DNA of 64,000 nucleotides. It comes from Octopus vulgaris. Its lineage: Eukaryota. Position numbers and translations under genes: made by a program. Numbering within the stretch: the first letter of the stretch is position 1; the number at the start of each line of letters is the position of its first letter. This document shows positions 55,215-64,000 of the stretch, one piece after another. The stretch covers positions 24,552,001 to 24,616,000 of the forward strand of contig OX597816.1 in the NCBI GenBank assembly GCA_951406725.2, written 5' to 3'. Under the pieces are notes generated by a model that did not search any database, was not told where the DNA came from, and saw nothing but the letters and a program-made list of their open reading frames with translations.

Positions 55215-55550
55215 ATCATCATCATCATTTAGCGTCCGCTTTCCATGCTAGCATGGGTTGGATGGTTCAACTGGGGTCTGGGAAGCCAGAAGGCTGCACC
55301 AGGCCCAGTCTGATCTGGCAATGTTTCTACGGCTGGATGCCCTTCCTAACGCCAACCACTCTGTGAGTGTAGTGGGTCCTTTTTACGTGCCACCAGCACA
55401 GGTGCCAGACGGGGCTGGCAAACGGCCACGGTCGGATGGTGCTTTTTACGTGCCACCGGCACGAAGGTCGGTCAGGGCGGTGCTGGCAACAGCCACGATT
55501 GGATGGATCGCTTACGTGCCACCGGCACTGGTATCACAGCTGCAATTTCC
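55215..55550 (-). mobile_element. SINE-like family B with (TGA)n tail, representative copy (others at about 8085, 14640, 23565, 27690, 34400, 44812, 51655, 58140, 58910)
   Basis: Shared gagtggttggcgttaggaagggcatccagc...ccatgctagcatggaaagcggacgttaaacgatgatgat. Confidence 0.8.
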
Positions 55551-55700
55551 ATATATACATATATGTGTGTGTGTGTGTGTATATGTATATGCTTTTAAAA
55601 GCTCCTATTTTATTATGACAAATACAGCTAAATTATGCCGACTGGCAATACCAGTTTTTAGGGGTCACACCGAACTGTACCGATATAATGTAGGATAAAT

Positions 55701-55756
<56 letters not shown>

Positions 55757-55955
55757 AATAATCCATGGATGGAATTTATAAATATTCTAATTGCCTGAAA
55801 AAAATGAATGCTTGAACATGATCTACCTGAAGTCCATGTATACTATGGACTGTATTGTAATAATCCTAGGAATATGGACTATGATCATAAGAGACATATG
55901 ATTTGTGGAAACATGCGTAGCAATGCGTTAAGATATTTATAAATTCCATCCATGG

Positions 55956-55990
<35 letters not shown>

Positions 55991-56032
55991 TACTATATAT
56001 ATATAGTACCCAAGAAGACATGGAACAAAGTG

Positions 56033-56078
<46 letters not shown>

Positions 56079-56172
56079 CAATCCAAAGCCTGAAAGAGAT
56101 GGGCTTCTGTTAGAGGCCTGTGAAACTTCAAATCACATGGAACCATATCAAACTGTTTTAAATAATGTGTGT

Positions 56173-56235
<63 letters not shown>

Positions 56236-56350
56236 CATGCACATGCATGTGTGCACATGTGTGCCAAAGCAGACAACTATGAAGTGTGTTAATATAATTT
56301 TATTTTAAAGAATCCAAAGAGAAAAAAAAACAATAGAAAATAATCTCTAC

Positions 56351-56474
56351 CTGACTGTCAATGTGCATGGACTTCACTGCATTCTGTAATTGACGGAAAA
56401 CTCGTTTTGCAAAACATTCCAAACCTGATGCAAAGGGTACACCATCTTTCATTCCACCCCATTCAGCTGGATAT
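56351..56474 (-). CDS. TEP1: TEP1-like exon (YPAEWGGMKDGVPFASGLECFAKRVFRQLQNAVKSMHIDSQ)
   Basis: tttcag / gtagag; YPxEWGG...GLExF motif recognisable from TEP1. Confidence 0.88.
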
Positions 56475-57522
56475 CTGAAACGAAGCATACATGAATATTT
56501 GTTTACTCAATGTACAAGAATGAATTGATATGCAAATTTTAGAAGATGAAGTCTAATCTTAAGTCAAATTCTTTGTTGTTGAAGATCTAACAAGGTTTTT
56601 TCAGACGGGAGATTAATGCATTTTTATAAAACTAAATTTGGATGTAAGACATAAGTGAGAATTTGAAATGAAATAAACAGCTATTGTGGAGTAGTTGGAA
56701 ACTCATAGAAAACAATTTCTATAGGACACATGTAAAGATCAACACCATCATCATCAACAATAGTGCTGTCTCACACACACACATGCATATACCGGTGGGA
56801 CGAGGCAAAAGGTCACATAGAAAATAAGTTCAATACACTCTGGAGTTGTCAAAGACATGCTTCAATTTTTCTAAAATTGCTTCAAATAATAGATAAAATA
56901 AATTGAATAAAAAAATTAAATTGAATGAAGTAAAAAACGAAATAAAATAAAACTTGAATAAAATAATAAATAAAATAATGAATACACACATGTACATGAA
57001 CAAAATGAATAATAGGCTGTGTGGTAGGTATAGGTGCAGGAGTGGCTGTGTGGTAAGTAGCTTGCTTACCAACCACATGGCACCTTAGGCATGTATCTTC
57101 TACTATAACCTCGGGCCAGCCAAAGCCTTGTGAGTGGATTTGGTAGACGGAAACTGAAAGAAGCCCGTCGTATATATGTATATGTGTGTGTGTGTGTGTG
57201 TGTGTATGTTTGTGTGTCTGTGTTTGTCCCCCCCAGCATCGCTTGACAACCAATGCTGGTGTGTTTATGTCCCCGTCACTTAGCGGTTCAGCAAAAGAGA
57301 CTGATAGAATAAGTACTAGGCTTACAAAGAATAAGTCCTGGGGTCGATTTACTCGACTAGAAGGTGGTGCTCCAGCATGGCCGCAGTCAAATGACTGAAA
57401 CAAGTAAAAGAGAGTATTACTGGCATGTGATGGTTCACAGACCGGCACCGGTACACGACCACCACTTTGAGTATCACTGTTATATAGGATCAAACATTTA
57501 TTAAATACAAATAATGCCTTAC

Positions 57523-57636
57523 CCACTGCAAACATCAAAACCAGATCTTTTAATTCTATCTTTGAGTGAATCCATTTTTTCTTGCTTATCACTGTTTTCA
57601 GCAACGAAATACTTCATCCATTTCTTTGGAACTTTC
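57523..57636 (-). CDS. TEP1: TEP1-like exon (KVPKKWMKYFVAENSDKQEKMDSLKDRIKRSGFDVCS)
   Basis: tttgcag / gtaagg; 114 nt, in phase. Confidence 0.85.
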
Positions 57637-59253
57637 CTGCAAATACCAAAAGCTGAACTATTATTGGGGAATCTATTGGTGAAGAATGACAATTTAAATG
57701 AAAGAAACTATACAACTGAATTAAATCAGATGTAATGAATAAATAAAAATAGACACTTCCTTCTGAGGAGTACTGGTTTGACTCCCATAGCTACCTGCTG
57801 GCAACTTTTTTCCATGCCAGGCTCATAATGATGATGATGATGAATATTTGCATATTCTTAACACATCCAGGCAGGTTCAGACACAAAAATATGCTGTTCA
57901 CTGTAGTGTACGTCACAGGCGAATAACTTTTCCCTTTTATGACTACACTGCATTCAATACACTTGGCTTAATGGTGCACAGCATTGTGAAAGACCAGTGT
58001 TTTGACATGTTATGACTGGTCATTCAGATGTTACCAGAACTCTGATCCTGAACAAAACTGATGGCTTTCAGTGAACAAATTGCTTGTTGATCAGTGCTTA
58101 TACTACGTCGTCATCGTCGTCGTCGTCATCATCGTCGTCGTCATCATCATCATTGTTTAACGTCCGCTTTCCATGCTAGCATGGGTTGGATGATTTGACT
58201 GAGGGCTGGCAAACCAGATGGCTGCACCAGGCTTCAATCTTGATCTGGCAAAGTTTCTACAGCTGGATGCTTTCCTAATGCCAACCACTCCGTCAGTGTA
58301 GTGGGTGCTTTTTACATGCCACTGGCACAGGTGCCAGGGGAGGCTGGCAACAGCCATGATCGGTTGGTGCTTTTTTACATGCCACCGGCACGAAAGCCAG
58401 TCAAGGCAGCGCTGGCATCGGCTACATTCGGATGGTGCTTTTTACATACCACTGGCACAGGTATCACAACTACAATTTCCATTTGAATTTTTTTTTGATG
58501 TTGAGGTACTTAACTCAATCTGCCAACCAATAAAAAACAAATCATTATCTGCACAGTGTATAGTGAGAGCTAGAATGCATCCTTGTTGTTATCGTGTCTA
58601 AGTAGGTTCAGATGCAGAATATGCTGATTGCTGTAGAGTACGTCACAGAAAATAAATTCTCACTTTTTACAATGACAGTGTGTTCAACACACTCAGCTCA
58701 TTGGTGCATAGCATTCAGTGTCAATGAATTTATATGCAAATATGCAAATAGGAGGGGGGAGAAGAGGAGGTTGGCAATAATGATGGCAACAATGACAATG
58801 ACAGCTAAGAACATCGATGTTACAAAAAATGATGATGACGATGATGATAAAGATGACAGCTGCATACATACAAAATAATGCAATCAGTGAATAATAGCAG
58901 AAAATCATCATCATCATCATTGTTTAACATCTGCTTTCCATGCTAGCATGGGTTGGATGATTTGACTGAGGTCTGGCGAACCAGATGGCTGCACCAGGCT
59001 CCAATCTGATCTGGCAGAGTTGCTACAGCTGAATGCCCTTCCTAGTGCCAACCACTCCAAGAGTGTAGTGGGTGCTTCATGTGCACCGGCATGAGGGCCA
59101 GTCAGGTGGTACTGGCAACGGCCACGCTCAAATGGTGCTTTTTTATGTGCCACCTGCACAGGAGCCAGTCCAGCGGCACTGGCAACGACCTCGCTCAAAT
59201 GTTTTTCCAAGAAAAAAGAAAACAAAAGAAGTGATCTAAAAATATACACTTAC

Positions 59254-59496
59254 ATTGAAAACTGGTCATTTCGGATGTAGAAGAAAGCAGTTTTCTTCTT
59301 TGCATCAGGACGTGAAAGTGCAGCAATGTGCATTTCTAATTCTGTAACAGATGGCTGTCCCTCATATTCACGTACCCAATCAAAGTCTGAACTAGCAGGA
59401 ATATTCTCTTTATTTGGCACCCAGCCATAACGTTCTCCAAGAATTCCAATAAACAAATCACTGTTTGCTGCTTCAGCTAAACAGATAGCAAGATTT
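59254..59496 (-). CDS. TEP1: TEP1-like exon, DUF4062 (NLAICLAEAANSDLFIGILGERYGWVP...SVTELEMH...AFFYIR)
   Basis: ttttcag acceptor, gtaagt donor; FIGILGERYGW and SVTELE motifs; phase matches both neighbours. Confidence 0.92.
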
Positions 59497-59904
59497 CTGA
59501 AAATAGAAATACACCATGTATGTATGTGTGTGTGTGTGTGTGCATACATACATATATACATATATATATATATAGTCAATCCAAACATGAACAAGCAAGA
59601 AAAAACAACAATGCAAGGACATGGAATAAGTACAGTATTATTGGACGCTCTTCATATTTTGAGCGGAGCTCTTCATCAAAAATACAGAAAAAGTCCAAAG
59701 AAGGGAAGACAGAAAGAAAATCACCAACGATACACACGCAGTCACATATTGAAAAAAAAACATATATATATATATAATAATTATAATAAAAATTACATAT
59801 TATAGAAAGATTAAATATGATTAAGTAATGTGCAAAATAATAAATAAATAAATAATAAATATTAAATAAAACATATATATATATTATACACACACAATAA
59901 ACAT

Positions 59905-60225
59905 GTTAGTTAGTTAGTTAGTTAGTTAATTTGGCTCAAAAGCAAATAGCAAGGCCATGTAGGGGGACATGGAGTTAAGTACAGGGTGGTGTTCATGTAA
60001 AGAGTTCAGGCCACTTGAGGTCAAGGGAGGCTTTGAACAAAGCGGTCGTCGGCATTTTCACCATCTCGTCTGGCAGCTTGTTCCACGGATCCGCAACCCG
60101 GACGGAGAAGGCTCCTCTCCTTCGATTGAGATGAAATCGTCGCAGGTAGAGGTTTTCGGAATGACCCCGCAGCCGACGCTCTGGAGCAGGAGTGAAGAAC
60201 AGCTCTTTCGAGAAGTTACACTTTC
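59905..60225 (-). mobile_element. CR1-type LINE 3' end with (AACT)n tail
   Basis: RLRGH...RRGAFSVRVADPWNKLP...FKASLD; tetranucleotide tail. Confidence 0.8.
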
Positions 60226-61392
60226 CGCTTATGATGATCATCATCATCGTTTAGGAAAACGGACGCTAAACGATGATGATGATGATGATGTTTATTGTGT
60301 GTGTATAATATATATAATAATATATATATATGTTTTATTTAATATTTATTATTTATTTATTTATTATTTTGCACATTACTTAATCATTGTTATATGTTTT
60401 ATCTTATATTTAATCATTCTATAATATGTAATTTTTCTAAATGGTATAATTTAATTTTTCATAATTGAATTGATAAAAGGTGGTTTTATTCTAATTTATA
60501 TATATATATAAATCATAAAATGTCTGGAGGTATAAGAGGTGAATATATTTATTTAACCATTTGTCATCTTTAGGATTACAGCTGTTTCGCAGTCTTCTTC
60601 ATGTAATAATAATTTCAGTGCATAATAAATTATGTTTATGTGTGTGCACTAGTATGCATGTTACACATTATACAATACAATTTTATATTCACAGGTCAAA
60701 CTATGATGATCAGATGAGCTAGCTTTTTTTATCTGCATTGATTTGTGAATATAGCATCTATGAAACTGGTTAAGTCTTTAAAACTAAACCATCTAAAAGA
60801 CTCCCAGTGCATTTTACACTTCTTTATACACACTCACATACAGACCTTCCACACAGTTTCTGTTTATCAAATTTTATATATGCATGTGTGTGTGGTGTAT
60901 GTTTAAACATACATATATACACACACACATGTGCGTGCACAACACACTACATATAACAGGCTTCCATACAGTTTCTATCTGTCAAATTTTATGTGTGTGT
61001 GTGCATGTGCATGTGTGTATATGTTTATACATACACTCACACATACAATACACACATACAACAGGCTTCCAACATTCTCTGCTTATCAAATTTTACATAC
61101 ATATGTATGTTTATACACACACACACACACACACATATTGATGTTTGTGTGTATCTTTATGTCAGTGTTTATCCCGTCACCACCAGCACCAGCACCAGCA
61201 CCACCACCACTGCCCTTGCTTGACAACTGGTGTTGGTTTGTTTACATCCTTGTAACTCAAGGATTCAGTAATAGAAACCAACAGAATAAGTATCAAACAT
61301 GCGAAAAATAATAAGTACCAGGATTGATCTGTTCAACTAAAACCCTTCAAAGTGGTGCTCCAGCAAAGCCACAGTCCAATGGCTGAAACAAG

Positions 61393-62072
61393 TTAACCCT
61401 TTTTAACATTCAGATTATGCTGTCAAATGCAATCCTCATTTAATCCCATTGTTTTGAATTAATCTTGCATTATCTTGTAGCTTCGAGATTTTGATGATAT
61501 TCGTTTATTTTCAGAATGACATTGTAGGGCTGGTGTAAGAGAACAGATCTGGCTGGTTCAAACATAAAGAAAGAATTTCAACCGTGTTTTGTGGTCTGCT
61601 ACCACAACAGCTCCTTTATAGGATCCAGTTAGCTCAAGACATCATCAGGAGGAACCACCTCCAGTTTCGGCTCTTACTCCTCTACCGTTTTGACGTGTCT
61701 TCAGCTCTGGTGTTGGGTGCATATCTTCTTTCTTCTTCTTTTTTCTGTTCCCTGGCCTCTTCGATGTAGCATCAACGAGTGTCAGCGGATGACTGACTAT
61801 TTTGTCAATTTTTTTTCCCTTTAAATACTTGCTGCTAGGCTCCAGCAGGCAGCCCCAGCAAGTTGTCACGTGACACTGTCTCAACTTTAACCGACCAATG
61901 AAGGCGCGTAGTCTCAGCCTACGCATTCTCTAAACGATACCGTCATCTGTCAATCAGCAAAGCTAATTTCATGTCAGCTTGTCTCACCTAGTGATTTTAT
62001 TTTCCGTCGGCATGTAATGACTTTCAAGAATATTTGGGTCAGATATGTCCAGATTAAATGTTAAAGGGTTAA
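61393..62072. mobile_element. piggyBac-type MITE interrupted by an insert of about 450 bp
   Basis: TTAA CCCTTT...AAAGGG TTAA; relatives without this insert at about 18890-19082 and about 3120-3678. Confidence 0.65.
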
Positions 62073-62241
62073 AGATAACAGATATACCAGGCACAGGAGT
62101 GGCTGTGTGGTAAGTAGCTTGCTAACCAACCACATGGTTCCGGGTTCAGTCCCATTGCATGGCATCTTCTGCTATAGCCCCAGGCTGACCAATGCCTTGT
62201 GAGTGGATTTGGTAGACGGAAACTGAAAGAAGTCTGTCGTA

Positions 62242-62302
<61 letters not shown>

Positions 62303-62525
62303 ATGTGTTTGTTTGTCTGTGTTTGTCCCCCTAGCATTGCTTGACAACCGATGCTGGTGTGTTTATGTCCCCGTCACTTAGCGGTTCGGCAAAAGAGAAT
62401 GATAGAATAAGTACTGGGCTTACAAAGAATAAGTCATGGGGTCGATTTGCTCGACTAAAGGTGGTGCTCCAGCATGGCCACAGTCAAATGACTGAAACAA
62501 GTAAAAGAATAAAAGAGATACCAAC

Positions 62526-62702
62526 CTCGAAGATTCTGCTTCTTGTTTCGGGATTCCCCATCGCAAATCTACTTCGTTGATATGAATGAAATGCTTTTTT
62601 GCCCAGTGTTTCAATTTCGGAAAAACATAGCGTGTAAGGATGTCTCGCTCGCCATGCATGTCGTGGAAAGTCGAAGAAATGAACACTTGAACGGTTTTCC
62701 AT
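62526..62702 (-). CDS. TEP1: TEP1-like exon, DUF4062 domain start (WKTVQVFISSTFHDMHGERDILTRYVFPKLK...VDLRWGIP)
   Basis: Acceptor ttttcgtag, donor AG|gttggt; FISSTFxDMxxERD and VDLRWG motifs typical of TEP1/DUF4062; 177 nt. Confidence 0.9.
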
Positions 62703-62927
62703 CTACGAAAAGAAAAAAAAAATGATTTAAAAAGTTAAAAAGATAAATTGATTTTTTTTATAAAAAGGTAGGCACAGGTGTGGCTGTGTGGTAACAAGCT
62801 TGCTTCCCAACCTCATGGTTCCGGGTTCAGCCCCTCTGTGTGACACCTTGGGCATGAGTCTTCTGCTATAGCGTCGAGCTGACCAAAGCCTTGAGAGAGG
62901 ATTTGGTAGACTGAAACTGAAAGAAGC

Positions 62928-62970
<43 letters not shown>

Positions 62971-63804
62971 CGGGAAGCTTTATGAAAATAAACAAAAGAC
63001 GAAGGCAGGTGGAAAACAAACGAACAATTGTATTAGTATGGCGCTCAGGAAATATAAATAAAACAAGTCTTTAACGTATATATATATATATACATATATA
63101 CATATATACATATATGTATGTATGTATGTATGTATATATATGTATATACATCTATGTGTGTGTCTTTGTGTCTGAGTTTGTACTCCCCATTACTGGTTGA
63201 CAACTGGTGTTGGTGTGTTTACGTCCCTGTAAGTTGGCTGTTCGGCAAAAGACCCCGATAGAATAAATACTAGGCTAAAGAAATGAGTCCTGGAGTCGTT
63301 TTATTTGATTAAACACTCCGAGGCGGTGCTCCAACTTGGTCGTAGTGAAATTTATTGAAACAAGTCAAAGAATAAAAGAATAATGTAGGTGCTGCAGCAT
63401 GGCCTTAGCCTTATTTATGATGGATAAAGCAAATGAAAAAAAAAACACATAAAAAAAACAAAGGACCTCAAAATGAATATTTGATGAAGAGGACAACAAA
63501 TCGATAAACACATTCCCTGAGGGAATTTAAAGAAAGTGAATTCAATTAAATAGCCTTGTCCCGAATAACCCTGGAAGGAATGAAAATATATAAAGATCAA
63601 TAAAATTTCCAAATATAGATTTGATTTGATTTTTTTTTTGTTTTGCTTAGTCATTTATTTATTTTTTTTTTTACAATGTTTAAAAATGTCAAGTTATATA
63701 TTGATTCCTACATATATATATTTTTTTGTTTGAAAGAAAGGAAGAAAGAAAGAAAGGAAGGAAGGAAGAAATGAAGGAAGAAATGAAGAAATGAAGGAAG
63801 AAAT

Positions 63805-63869
<65 letters not shown>

Positions 63870-64000
63870 AGGAAGGAAGGAAGGAAGGAAGGAAGGAAGG
63901 AAGGAAGGAAGGAAGGAAGGAAGGAATGAATGAAGGGAGGAAAGCAGGAAAAGAAATAAAGAAAAGAAGGAAGGAAAAAAGAAGGAAAGAAAGAAAAAAA

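Overview
Eukaryotic, AT-rich, microsatellite- and SINE-dense DNA; the repeat content suggests an octopus/cephalopod genome (inference). Almost all ORFs in the supplied track are microsatellite or repeat artefacts. The window lies inside one minus-strand gene. I traced 18 GT-AG exons (62702 down to 1622; 2565 nt, about 855 codons) with consistent phases and no stops. They encode a DUF4062-type domain, a NACHT ATPase (Walker A GKAGCGKS, Walker B ILVFIDGLD), a helical region and the first WD40 repeats, i.e. the middle of telomerase protein component 1 (TEP1) or a close paralogue; both gene ends lie outside the window. The introns hold R4/Dong-type LINEs in (TAA)n tracts, a decayed mariner, a CR1 fragment, a non-autonomous Helitron, hAT/piggyBac/Tc1-type MITEs and several SINE families. 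The most notable signal is about a dozen type I hammerhead-ribozyme motifs from several families, carried in short, often fold-back, Penelope-like terminal-repeat fragments mostly beside (TA)n tracts. One of them (31907-31990) has an intact core and lies on the same strand as the host pre-mRNA. Ribozyme activity is predicted from sequence only.
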